Shown one piece after another: positions 11,608 to 23,134 of a stretch of DNA of 64,000 nucleotides (positions within the stretch are counted from its first letter, which is position 1; each line of letters starts with the position of its first letter). Below the pieces are notes generated by a model that ran no database searches, had not been told where the DNA came from, and saw only the letters and a program-made list of their open reading frames with translations. The position numbers and the translations under genes were made by a program. The DNA is from Eledone cirrhosa. Lineage: Eukaryota. The stretch covers positions 95,914,001 through 95,978,000 of the forward strand of contig OZ024744.1 of assembly GCA_964016885.1 (NCBI GenBank), in the 5' to 3' direction.

Positions 11608-14209
11608 TTGTCAACAATATCTTTCACATTTGCATTTATTTTCTATGTACATACCTACATTGTTTTGGCTTTACAAATACAAACGTTTATACCTCATTAC
11701 ACAATGCTTCAAGTGAACTATAACTTCCTCCTTTCCTTACGCCTGAGCCAGGCCCAGTTCACAACTGTAAAGAAACTCTTCCAGCTATCTGAAAAGCGCG
11801 CCAAAGCCGGCTGCCAAATAAACTTCCTAAAACGATGCCTGAATAACAACATCATCCCCCAAAAAATCAAAAATTTGCACCTACCAACATGCTTCAAATC
11901 ACCAGGCCTCAAACGATCACTTAGCTACATACAAAAATTCTGCCTGAGAAAACTCATACAACACCTACACCGCACGCTACAACAACACATACGGACTATT
12001 TCCAGCCTTGTACCACAACTCGCTGAAACCCCAGAACCTCTGTCCAGAATTATCTCCACCGCTATAGACAGGTCATACCACCATCGCCGAGACTACGAGA
12101 AAATACACCTAACGCAAAAATTTCTCAAACTCAGGACGGCTAACCGTCTTAACAACATCCCAACTCTAAGCACCAACAGAGGCGAACAAGACGGTACCAA
12201 CACCGACCTAGCGGCGCCCCGACCAACAACACACCTGACGCAAAACACCTCGTCACAGACTTGACCTCCTTAGCCTGGGTCCCAAGTTCATATTGAAACA
12301 GAGACTGGATGACAAATTATGGCTCGACATAGAAACGAATTTCTGTCGGGCTGCCTACCAACTAAAATGGATATCGACTCTTGGCAACAACACCACGGAA
12401 CCTAACAAACCCAGATTCCCGATATACCAACTGGATCGCCCACTCTGTCCACCGCCTGCCAACCGCGAGCTTGAAGAAAAACTCTCGAGGCTAAAACATT
12501 CCGTATTTAACATCTTAAGTAAACAGAAGAAGATAGCTCCAAACCTCTCCAGGACACAACAACTCGCCCTGAAGAACCTGCGGAATAGGGAACTTATATA
12601 CCTACCATCCGACAAAGGTAAAGAGTTTTGCGTCATCTCTCAAGCCACATACAATAACCTAGCCTTTGAACACCTAAGCGACAATGAACTATATACGGAG
12701 ATCCCGGACATGACTGCAGCCCAGATCGAAAAGCAGGCCAACTCTATCTGGTTCGATATCTGTAGGAGAAGACAACTCCCAAATAAAGTTAAGCTCAACT
12801 ACACCACTAGAAATAGCAGACTGCCCACTTTCTACCACCTCATCAAGACCCACAAGAATAGTACTAAGACACAAATAAGACCCATCGTCTCTAGCATAGA
12901 AGGACCCCTATACAAAATCTCCCAGGTCCTCAAGCCTCTACTCTCCACCTTTCCCGGACATGTCAGTAGCTCCGACGAAGTCATACATAGACTACACCAA
13001 CTCCAGCCAGAACAACTTAAACTAAATAGATACGCCTTTAGCCTCGACGTTGTCTCCCTCTACACTACAGTCCCCGCTCATTCAGCTGTCGATTTATTGA
13101 CGGACTGCGTGGTTGCAGAGGACATCCACTGCTACGGCCTCCACCCGACGGACATACACCAGCTTTTGTCCTTCACACTAGACAACACGTACTTCACCTT
13201 CCACCACCACACATACAGACAGACAACAGGATTACCCATGGGATCCAGCCTATCGGGCCTGCTGGCCATCACCTATATGAACCAGCTAGAATGCCGAGCC
13301 CTCAACACCTGCCATTCCCATACCTTCTTCACCCGATATGTAGATGACATACTCATCCTTACATCATCCCGTGAGGAGGCGGATAAAATATACACGACAT
13401 TCTCCAGCATGGACGCCAGTATAAAGTTCAGCATGGAACACCCCGATGACCGCGGATCCCTATCCCTACTAGACTTCCAACTCAGGGTAACAGAGGAAGG
13501 CAACATCCACACCTGCTTCTATAAAAAAGCCGCCAGCAGGGACCTGTTCGTACATTTCAGATCGGCCCTCCCAGCCGGCGCTAAGTTCGGATACATAAGG
13601 GATGAACTAACACGTATCCGGAACAAATGCACCGACGCTAGAGACCGAGACACACACACCACACATTTCCTGGAAGTACTCAAACTGAACAGATACCCGA
13701 TGTCTACCACAAACCGTGCCAGAAAGAACAGAGGACACCACACCCGAGGCACTAACACTTGTTTCCTGAGGCTCTCGCACTTCAGTGACGAAACAACAAC
13801 AGCCATCCGCAGAGCTATCAGACGAGAGGGACTAGATATCCAACTAGCCCACTCAGGTCCTTCTCTACGCGGACAGCTAACCAAAAGACACTCCACCAGA
13901 CATGACAGCCGCTGCAGGCTAGCCAACTGCCCCATCAACGACACAGACCTATGCCACCAGGCTTACGTCATATATAGACTAGAGTGTGACAAATGCAGCA
14001 ACTTATACATAGGTAGCACCACCAGACCACTCCACATAAGAATAAAAGAACACCTCAATACTAACGCTTCCTCATTTAAGAAACACCTAGTGAAATGCAA
14101 AAACACTGACAAGACCATAACAGTTAGGATAGAAGCTAAGGAAAGAAACCTCAGCAATCTTAGAATTAAGGAAGCACTGATTATAGACAAAACAACCACC
14201 AATCAATAA
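11608..14209 (+). pseudogene. PLE polyprotein (N-terminal region + RT + GIY-YIG endonuclease), frameshifted near 12200-12265 and probably near 14190
   Basis: ORFs 11608..12264 and 12293..14209. LVTDLT and DLLSLGPKF abut in different frames, which suggests a small deletion. Confidence 0.85.
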
Positions 14210-14287
14210 TAGACTAGAACTCAACACCCAATTTATAACTTGATAGAGCATCTAGTCCCTTACTTACCCCCCCCCCCCCCCCCCCCG

Positions 14288-14575
14288 GTATGCAGGCATC
14301 ATACAGCCTGCCTTTCATTTTTAGAGAGAGAAACCTTTAGCGGCCAATAATGGTATAAGCTCTCTGAACTTTTTCCATCCCGTTCTGACTCTTGCTACAG
14401 TACTTTCGGAGCACCCTCCACCACTGCTGATTTTGTCACCCAGGTAACGGAAGCTGTCCACTATTTCTATAGAACCATCTGTGCAATGGAATGAGCTAGT
14501 ATTCTGTGGGAACTTGCTGCTACTTATTGCACCTGAGCACCGGCCACATATAAAATCTATGTTCTTAGTTAGCTT
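14288..14575 (-). mobile_element. Internal RTE fragment abutting the PLE 3' end
   Basis: KLTKNIDFICGRCSG...RTGWKKFRELIPLLAAKGFSL, nearly identical to the protein of 127..1785. Confidence 0.9.
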
Positions 14576-14773
14576 ATACTTGCGTATAATATCAATATAC
14601 ACACTACACAAGCTAGCAGAAAACCACCCTTCGGGTGGTTTTCCTGCTAGTAATAATAATAATGATAATAATAATTTCTTAATATGCTAATTTATGTATA
14701 TTAATTCAAAACAACTAAACTGTTTTTATATTTTTCTCATGCAAATTTGAAATATATATATATTTTTTTTCAG

Positions 14774-15037
14774 CAAACCGTCTTGTTTCCTTGGACAGAT
14801 GATATACACGAAAAATATTATTTTCTCATGATTCTCATGTCTTTATGTAACATCCGTTGCACAAGCTTCGGCATAGAACATTCTCATTACATCAAACAGA
14901 AAAAGAAACAAGTGCACACTGAAGATGGAGAACAACCTGGAAACAGTTTTTATTTTAGTGATATGCTTTCTTATACAATTTACTTGCCTTTATGCTTCGC
15001 AGGACCTTTATTGAACTACAACGATTTTCAACAGCAG
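14774..15037 (+). CDS. HHAT: HHAT internal exon
   Basis: ttttttttcag| acceptor and CAG|gtaatt donor; 264 nt, phase 0/0. EKYYFLMILMSLCNIRCTSFGIE...DMLSYTIYLPLCFAGPLLNYNDFQQQ carries the MBOAT Y.P....GP...F motif. Confidence 0.9.
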
Positions 15038-15696
15038 GTAATTTATTACACTTTTACACAGAGTCTTCAAACATTCCTGCCAGCGGGTCCAGCCAAAAGC
15101 AATTGTCTCCAATTGATCCAGCTGGATCCCTAAGCATGACCATTGATCCGGCTGGATCCCTAAGCATGACCAGACATGCTCATGGTTGTTATCCAACCAT
15201 CTTGCTTCGGGTCTACCCCTGGATCTCCTGCCAGTTGGTTTTTGTGAGAATAAGACCACCACAACTGCTATATGGTCAGAAGTAAGAAAAAGAACCATAC
15301 CACATTCATGCGGGTTAACAAGGGTTAACAAGGGTTAACAAGGGATGTGTTCAGGCCTTTGTCGACTAACTGCATTAAATATGTCACGGTGGAGATTTCT
15401 AGTATCCTGGGTGGATATCCACTCCCTACCCACTGCTATCGGGGTGGAGTTGGCCAAATGCAGCAGAAGAGAGCTCCTTGAGTTGGAATGACTATTTCAA
15501 TGTGTCTCTCTTTCTATCCTCTGGGGTAACGTCTTCATCAGTCTGCCCACTGGGACCCACAAGGTGTTTGCACTCTGGCGTTCTGCACACCAGACTGTGT
15601 TCTCTCAATGCAAGAGTTATCTCCCTTACTCCAAAAAATATTTGAATAAAATTTGCTTTTCATCATTCTCTATACTATTTTTCTAACATTGCTTAG

Positions 15697-15732
<36 letters not shown>

Positions 15733-15987
15733 GCACCCCCCTTCTTCATAGTTCACACGAGGGGCAGAGTCCTCGATCAGGCTTTCTAGCGAGACCAACC
15801 GAGCTTATAGATATTATCCAACCATCTTATTCTTGGTCTACCCCAGAGCCTCCTTCCGGTTGGCTTTGCCTGTAAAATCTCTCCGGCGATTCTTCGTTAT
15901 ATTCGGATTGTCTCATATTGAAGTATATACGGTAGATATATTTAAATATTTCAAATTAATTTTCTCTATTTTTTTTTTCTTTTGTAG

Positions 15988-16310
15988 ATTTCCAAGCCCC
16001 AACAAAAGTGGCCCAAGCAAAGGCTAAAAGATCATGCTTTTGATTTCTTAAGAATTGTAGGATGGGCGCTTTGCTTTCATATTATTCTACACTATTTTTA
16101 CTACAGTTCCTTAATATATAATTTGGCTGTAGTGAGGTTCCTTTCTCCATGGACACTTATTGGCATTGGATATTGTCAAGGACAGTTTTTTATGGTCAAG
16201 TATCTACTTGTATGGGGTTTTGCATCTAGCATTGCAAAATTAGATCAGTTTGAGCCACCCAAAGGACCAAAGTGTATATCATACATCTATCTTTACACTG
16301 AAATGTGGCG
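15988..16310 (+). CDS. HHAT: HHAT internal exon
   Basis: tttgtag| acceptor and CG|gtaagt donor; 323 nt, phase 0/2. ISKPQQKW...HYFYYSS...WTLIGIGYCQGQFFMVKYLLVWG...LDQFEPPKGPKCISYIYLYTEMWR matches the HHAT/GUP1 signature F.VKY...G...LD...PP..P.C......MWR. Confidence 0.92.
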
Positions 16311-16337
16311 GTAAGTTTCTTTTCTTTGTCTTTATAT

Positions 16338-16727
16338 ATCATCATCATCATCATCATCATCACCGTTTTACGTCCGTTCTCCCATGCTAGCATGGGTTAG
16401 ACGGTTACGTCCGCTTTTTCCCTGCTTGCAAGGGTAGGACGGGAACTGATTCTGGCTTGATTTCTACAGCTGGATGCCCTTCCTAACACCAACCTCATTT
16501 ACAGTGAGTGCTGGGTGCTTTTTTGCCGTGGCACCTCCATGACCACTTTGCAGTGGAATGATATGGACCCCAGTCCCTATCATCTCATTTCTACAGCTGA
16601 GTAAACTGGAGCAATATGAAATAAAGTGTCTTGCTCAAGGAAACAACACATTACCCGGTCCGAGAATTGAACTCACAACCTTTCGATTGCAAGGCCAATG
16701 CTCTAACCACTAAACCATGTGCCATTC
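16338..16727 (-). mobile_element. tRNA-derived SINE family C with an RTE-type tail
   Basis: Reverse-complement homolog of 25588-25922. Confidence 0.8.
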
Positions 16728-17088
16728 CTTTGTTGATTTGTTTGTAAGTTGATCATCTAACACAATACATACCAGTAAGCCCATCTATGTTACATTGATA
16801 CTGCTGGTTTCCATATAAGTGGTATATATATATATATAGTATATAGAGGTATATATATATACAGTGTATAGAGGTATATATATATATTTTTCTCAACCTG
16901 ATTAGTTCTATCGTTCCTTTGGTATATATTGTGTGTTAGTTTAGCCTACCACAATGTTCGATTTGTCAAGCTATTTAAACGTATGTTATTACTCTATTAC
17001 TTATCGAGTGCTTTGCTAACTCATCACTTCATATAAGTAGGCCGAATTTACTTGCAAACCGCCAGAGATTCGATTTTACTGATTGCCA

Positions 17089-17119
<31 letters not shown>

Positions 17120-17125
<6 letters not shown>

Positions 17126-17420
17126 TATATAGAGGTACATATAACATGTAATATACAGGTACATATACAGTATATAGAGGTATATGTAACATGTAATATA
17201 GAGGTATATATACAGTATATAGAGGTATATATAACATGTAATATAGAGGTATATATACAGTATATAGAGGTCTATATAACATGTAATATAGAGGTACATA
17301 TACAGTATATAGAGGTCTATATAACATGTAATATAGAGATATATATATAACAGCATATAGAGGTCTATATACAATATATAGAGGTATATATATATATATA
17401 TAACAGCATATAGAGGTCTA
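17120..17420. repeat. AT-rich ~39-bp tandem repeat
   Basis: tatatacagtatatagagg...ataacatgtaatatagagg is repeated. Confidence 0.85.
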
Positions 17421-17449
17421 TATTCAATTCAATTTCAATATATTTGGTA

Positions 17450-18358
17450 GAAATTAGAACATAGATGCTTCAGATGCCATGTAAGGAGGTGAGGGGGAGG
17501 GGGGGGGGGGGGGCAAAATTTACACAGTCGGAAACACAGTGGTCCAACACCGGTCCAATTTCGCCTTGAATTGTTGCGTGGTTGACGCGTTGACTACTTC
17601 TTCTGGAAGCCGATTCCAGGGTCCAGAGATGCGGATCGAGAAAGCAGCTTTCCGTCTATTTAGGCGAAAGCGGCGGTGAACAGCTTTTTGTCATGTCCAC
17701 GTAGACCCCTTTCAAGTGCTGAAAATTTCTGGAGTGAGTTTGGCAAAGGAGTGTTGAATAAGAAAAAGAGACCTCTTTGCCTTGTTTGCGGCTTGAATGC
17801 AATGTTTTGATGGTTTGAAGGACGAGTCGACCAGCAGACCAAGATCTTTAGTCTCCCCAACCTCCTTCAAAGGAGCAGTGCCACCGTTGAAGGTAAGAGC
17901 TGAGTTATAAGGTGTACCCACTGTGCTGAGTTATAAGGTGCTGAGTTATAAGGAGCTGAGTTATAAGGTGTACCTACTGTGCTGAGTTATAAGGTGCTGA
18001 GTTATAAGGAGCTGAGTTATAAGGTGTACCTACTGTGCTGAGTTATAAGGTGCTGAGTTATAAGGAGCTGAGTTATAAGGTGTACCTACTGTGCTGAGTT
18101 ATAAGGTGCTGAGTTATAAGGAGCTGAGTTATAAGGTGTACCCACTGCCATATGGCAACATTTATCGACATTGAGGTATAAATCCCAGTCAATGGACCAA
18201 CTCCAGGCGCGCTGGAGGCTGGACTTGAGATTGTCGATCTCACTCCCACGGGCTACCATTTTCACATCATCTGCAAATAGGAGCATGTTTCCACCAACCA
18301 CGTCCGGCATGTCGTTGATGTATAGAAGGAAGAGAATTGGGCCCAACACAGAGCCCAA
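17450..18358 (-). mobile_element. CR1/L2-group LINE 3' fragment with an internal ~59-bp tandem expansion (about 17898-18140)
   Basis: GSVLGPILFLLYINDM..LLFADDVK, KDLGLLVDSSFKPSKHC and FSIRISGPWNRLPEEVVNAS. Confidence 0.85.
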
Positions 18359-18401
18359 TATATAGAGGTATATATATATATATACAGTATATATAATATG
18401 T

Positions 18402-18583
18402 AATAATTGTTTCTACATTTGGCACAAGGCCAGCAATTACCCAGTACATTACTGGTACTTTATTTTATCGACCCCGTAAGGATGAAAGGCAAAGTTAACC
18501 TCGGCGGGATTTGAACTCAGATCATAAACAGACGTAACTATGCTGGAAAGCATGGTGTCTGACTCTCTACGTATACTGCAAAT
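18402..18583 (-). mobile_element. SINE family A copy; others at about 27428-27622, 29488-29630, 30619-30808, 41140-41320, 44162-44357 and 51315-51450
   Basis: Same consensus as 23655-23858. Confidence 0.85.
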
Positions 18584-19228
18584 CCATGTAATAATGAATT
18601 TAAATTCTGTAAAGCTAATGACAATAAATTATTAAAGAAAAAAAAGTACTTTTTCAATTCTATGAAAGCAGAATGGAATCATATACCGTAGGTACGATTT
18701 CAGCTTGTTTTTATGCTCTAAAAGAAGGAACCCAGGGCCAAGAAAGAGCCTATAAAACTGAACCCAGAGCCCAAAAGTGCCCACAAAAATGAACCCACCC
18801 TGTGAATTTCAAACTCAAAATAATATTTTTTTTTCATATTTTCGAAATTTTTTAAGTAGGATGTTTGTAAGGTGGGGACTTACTATATATAAGCGGGGAA
18901 TATGGACGTTAAACGATGATGATGATGATGATGATGATGATATATATATATATATATATAGTGTAACCAAAGTTTCATACACTTAACATGTATGTGCTAC
19001 CATTGGTTTCTGGTTCCAGTTATGGCCACCACTGTATAATGGAGGTGGCACTTTAATATACAGTGGTGGCCACAACTGGACCCTGAAACCAATGGTCACA
19101 CAAACATGTTAAGTATATGAAACTTTGTTTATACTAAATAAGCTTTCTTTCAGTAGATTGAGCATTGTTTTTCTTGATCTTTCATCTATGGATTTCTACC
19201 ATTGTATATACATATATATAAATATATG

Positions 19229-19757
19229 TGGAGGTGAGTGGCCTAGTGGGAAGGGTGTTGGACTTACGATCATAAATGTTGTGGGTTCGATTCGTGGGTT
19301 GCGTTTTGTGTTCTTGAGCTTCATTTCACGTTGCTCCAGTATACTCAGTGGATGTGTGTGATCTAGTGGGAAGGGTGTTGGGCTTATGATCACAGTGTGG
19401 TGGGTTCATTAGCTGGGTTTTGTGTTGTGTTCTTGAGCAAAAACCTCATTTCACGTTGCTCCAGTATACTCAGTGGATGTGTGTGATCTAGTGGGAAGGG
19501 TGTAGGGGCTTATGATCACAGTGTGGAGGGTTCATTAGCTGGGTTTTGTGTTGTGTTCTTGAGCAAAACACTTCATTTCATGTTGCTCCAGTATACTCAG
19601 CTGAAAATGAGTAGCAGCAATAGCTGGAGGTTTAACCCTGCGATGGACTGGCGTCCTGTCCAGGGGGTAGTCTTGTACTCTCAGTTGCTTCACACCATGA
19701 AACCGGGATAAGCACCGGCCAAATGAGCCTTCTGGCTTAAGACAGACTTTAGACTTT
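19229..19757 (+). mobile_element. tRNA-derived SINE family B with a triplicated head
   Basis: The head tagtgggaagggtg...gggttc...ttgtgttcttgagc...ttgctccagtatactcag occurs three times, then ccctgcgatggactggcgtcctgtccaggg and the tail. Confidence 0.8.
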
Positions 19758-20643
19758 TTAGATATATATATATATATATATATTGCATATTTATTATCAT
19801 CAACATCATCACTATCATTCATCATCATCGTGTCATGTCTATTTTGCATGCTAACATGGGTTAGATGGGTTGTCACATTATGAGACAAGTCTGGTCAGAT
19901 GACCACGTCATGCTCATACAGATCCATTTTCGGCTTGGTTTTCTATATCTAGCTGGATCCCCTACAAAATGCCAACCACATTACAGGGTGGACTGGGTAC
20001 TCTTTTGTCATGGCACCAGCTCTAGCAACTTACATGGTATTTTTTGTCATGGTACCAGCACTAACAACGTACATGGTAGATTGGGTACTTTTTTATAGTT
20101 CCCTGCACTGTGGGAGTGTAAGTGACATGTATGTATGTGTATCTGTGTGTGTATGTAGCTATGTATGTATGTTTGTATGTCAGGTCACCAGTTGGTGCTA
20201 CTGGTAATATGTATCCCAGTACAACCTGTCTCATGGTCGGGTCTTTGGCGACTAAACTGGCAACCCCACCAATGTTTCTTGGTGAGGAGGGTGACTTTGG
20301 ACATCCTGCAGGACTGAAAACAAAACCTGTCAAATGGCAAAGGAGCTCTTAAGAATCAATGGCCATCCAAAATCACCGGGAGAGATGACCCCTTAGCCTT
20401 TGTCAAGGCAGAATTCTAGGGGAAGGAAAACTCTGATATAACACCTGCAACCCTGATGGTATCCAATGATGTTGACTTGTTCTTCTTTTTGGTAAATATC
20501 ATCTTGGTTAAGCAAGTGGGACTGGCTTTGTGCAGTGCCTTTGCTCACTATAAAAGCTTCACGGCACAGGCATTGCTTTATATCTGGAGATCTCTCTGCA
20601 CTTGTCGTCACATGGTACCATGGGCCCAGCACTATGTGTCAAT

Positions 20644-20817
20644 AATTGTCACAAGTGTAGTGTTTGTGCCAGAGTTTTCGGGTCGCTGGCTGGATTAAAA
20701 AGTCACACTCGTTCAGTGCATCGGTAGGGGTTCTCCTACATGGATATAAAGTAGTGGCCGTACTCGAAAACGAGTTGGCAGCCACCATGTATGTATGTAT
20801 GTATGTATGTATGTATG
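20644..20817 (+). mobile_element. 3' terminus of an RTE (BovB-like) LINE with a C2H2 zinc finger and (ATGT)n tail
   Basis: Translates as NCHKCSVCARVFGSLAGLKSHTRSVHR*, followed by a short UTR with the hairpin ctcg-aaaa-cgag and a microsatellite tail. Confidence 0.65.
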
Positions 20818-22143
20818 TTCGTTCGTTCTTCTGGTTTTATAATTTCACAAATTTTTCCCAATAGTGTGTGTTCAATTCAATAAGGCTGTATTGCAGAATA
20901 GAGTTAATCTGTTTCTGAGCTGTTCTTGTGATCTTTCCTTTATTCTTAGCTTTAGTAAAGTTTCACTTCACTTATGCTGTTTAGTATTCTAAATTGATTT
21001 TTTTTCTCTTCCACTGTATCTATGGCCTTGAACCTATATAAGAAATCAATAAGAGAAGTTCTCCAATCTTGATCTAAAAGTTAACATCATGTTTAAAAAT
21101 ATTGTTGTGTTTGGTAGGTGTGTTTATGTGTGTTTTTTTTCATTTCTTTAATACTTATAAATTACGGCAGTAAATCTATTATTTTCTTATTGTATTGAAA
21201 GGAAACCATAAACTGGTCAGCCATTTTAATGAAAAGAAGAAACAGAAGCTGAACATGTAGACATTCATTTTGTTGAGAAGTAATGAAAGGGAGACAATTG
21301 AGATAATATATTAGGAGATAATATTATAATATTATCTCCTCTTCAATAGAGCTTGTTTTGAAGTGTGAAGGGAGTTTCAGTGGTTGGATTAGCAGTTTTG
21401 ATAGAGTGTTGAACACTATGCTTTGCAGCATATATTTATGACTCTTTACGTTCTGAGTTCAAATCCTGCAGAGGTTAGCTTTGCTTTTCATCCTTACGGG
21501 ATCGATAAAATAAAGTACCAGTAATACATAGGGGTTGATTTAATCAACTTTCCCCTCCCACCAAAATTGTTGGCCTCGCGCCTAAATCAAAAACCATTGT
21601 TCTATTATTTCATTATGTTCAGGGTACCAACATTGAGGGTGGCAATCCTGAGATTTGTACCTTGATAGTTGTGTTGTTACTTCTTCAGTTAGAGCTTCTA
21701 TGTACCTGAAAGGGAAAGTGGTTGTGCGGATTACTTGATGACAATTGAAGGGTTCTCACGCATGGCTGAGTTCAAGTCCCACAATGCTCAACTTTACTTC
21801 CCATCTTTCTGAGGGTGGTAAAATAAAGTACCAATTAAGTACTGGGATCGATATAATTGACTTTCCTCTTCTCATCACACACATTGCTGGCCTTGTGCCT
21901 AGATTAGAAATCATTATTAGGAACCCCTAATAATGATTTCCTAAGGGCGGTGGATTGGCAGTATCAGTATCGGTAGAGCGTCAGACACCATGGTTTGAAG
22001 CATCGAGTTATGTCCCTTTACGTTCTGAGTTCAAATCCCACCGAGGTTAACTTTGCCTTAAAATAAAGTACCACTAATGGACTGGGGGTAATTGCCGGCC
22101 ATGTGTCTAGATTAGAAATGATTATTAGGTGTTCCTTATCAGT

Positions 22144-23134
22144 TTAACCCTTTAGCATTTAGACCAGCCATATCCGGCCAGAATTCTCTCACCTCTTTCT
22201 GTTCAAACCAGCTGTTACTGGCCACGTATACTGATGTTAAGGTATTGTTCTCAAAATAAATAATATAAAAATCTCATAGATTTGATATTATGTGGGATAA
22301 AGCCTTTACTGTGAAAATATAATAGTATATATAGAGTAATGTAAATGTTATGTGAGATATTATGTAGGATAAAGCCTTTACTGTGAAAATATCATCATCA
22401 TCATCATCGTTTTACTTCCGTTCTTTCACGCTAGCATGGGTTAGACGGGTTGTCCTGTTGTGGGCAGTGTCTGGTCGGCTGACCATGCCTTGCTCATACA
22501 GGAACTGATTTGGCTTGGTTTCTACAGCTGGATGCCCTTCCTAACACCAACCTCATTTACAGTGAGTGCTTGGTGCTTTTTCGTGGCGCCTACACGTCCA
22601 CTTTACAGTGTGGGCTGGGTGCTTTTTTGCTGTGGCACCTCCACGACCACCTTGCAGTGGGGGCATATTGTCTATATGCTTCAGCTTGTACCCATGGGAG
22701 GTCGGGTACTCTGTATTACTGCGTGACGCCAGAGGTCACGGTCGTGTGTCATTGTCTTTGAGAGGTGTAATTGGGTAAGGTCGGCTTTTATCACCTCATC
22801 CCAGGTCATCTTGGGTCTCCCCACCCGCGGTTTCCATCGACTTCTAGTGCTCTGCACCTTTTTATGCAGCTGTCATCCTTCATACGCATCACATGTCCAT
22901 ACCAGCGCAACCGCCTCTCCTGCACACAGCATTTGATTCCTCTTATGCTCAGTCTCTCTCTCAATTCATTTATGCTTTGTCGTTCAAGTATATTACTGTT
23001 ACACATCCATCGGAGCATGCAGGCATAGAGTATATAGAGTAATGTAAATGTTATGTGAGATATTATGTGGGATACAGCCTTTACTGTGAAAATATAATAG
23101 TATATATAGAGTAATGTAAATGCTAAAGGGTTAA
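22144..23134. mobile_element. piggyBac-like MITE with a nested RTE insertion; family copies at 29295-29652, 33336-34684 and partially 58980-59165
   Basis: TTAA-CCCTTTAGCATTT ... AAATGCTAAAGGG-TTAA terminal inverted repeats with TTAA flanks. Confidence 0.8.
22392..23026 (-). mobile_element. 5'-truncated RTE inserted in the MITE
   Basis: ACMLRWMC...ERRLRWYGHVMRM, the shared 3' tail and (GAT)n. Confidence 0.9.

Larger units (their letters stand above)
11281..14270 (+). mobile_element. Penelope-like element (RT + C-terminal GIY-YIG), near full length, with an inverted 5' segment
   Basis: PLE motifs LLSLGPKF, PSDKG, FYHLIKTHK..RPIVS, SLDVVSLYT, GLPMGSSLS and RYVDD, and GIY-YIG VIYRLECDKCSNLYIGSTTRPLHIRIKEH..KEAL. 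11281-11462 is the inverted copy of 11551-11731. Confidence 0.93.

Noticed and set aside
12262-12292. TGA at the end of PLE ORF 11608..12264 as selenocysteine or readthrough, as in Naiad PLEs
   Set aside because: The downstream ORF is in a different frame and the nuclease is C-terminal; a deletion or frameshift explains it.
15485-15548. Possible hammerhead on the minus strand (CTGATGAAGACGT...ACATTGAAATAGTC)
   Set aside because: Stem II works only if CpG decay is assumed, stem I does not pair and stem III is incomplete.
16870-17092. Unique segment between (TA)n tracts that resembles a PLE pLTR
   Set aside because: No recognisable hammerhead core and no second copy in the window.
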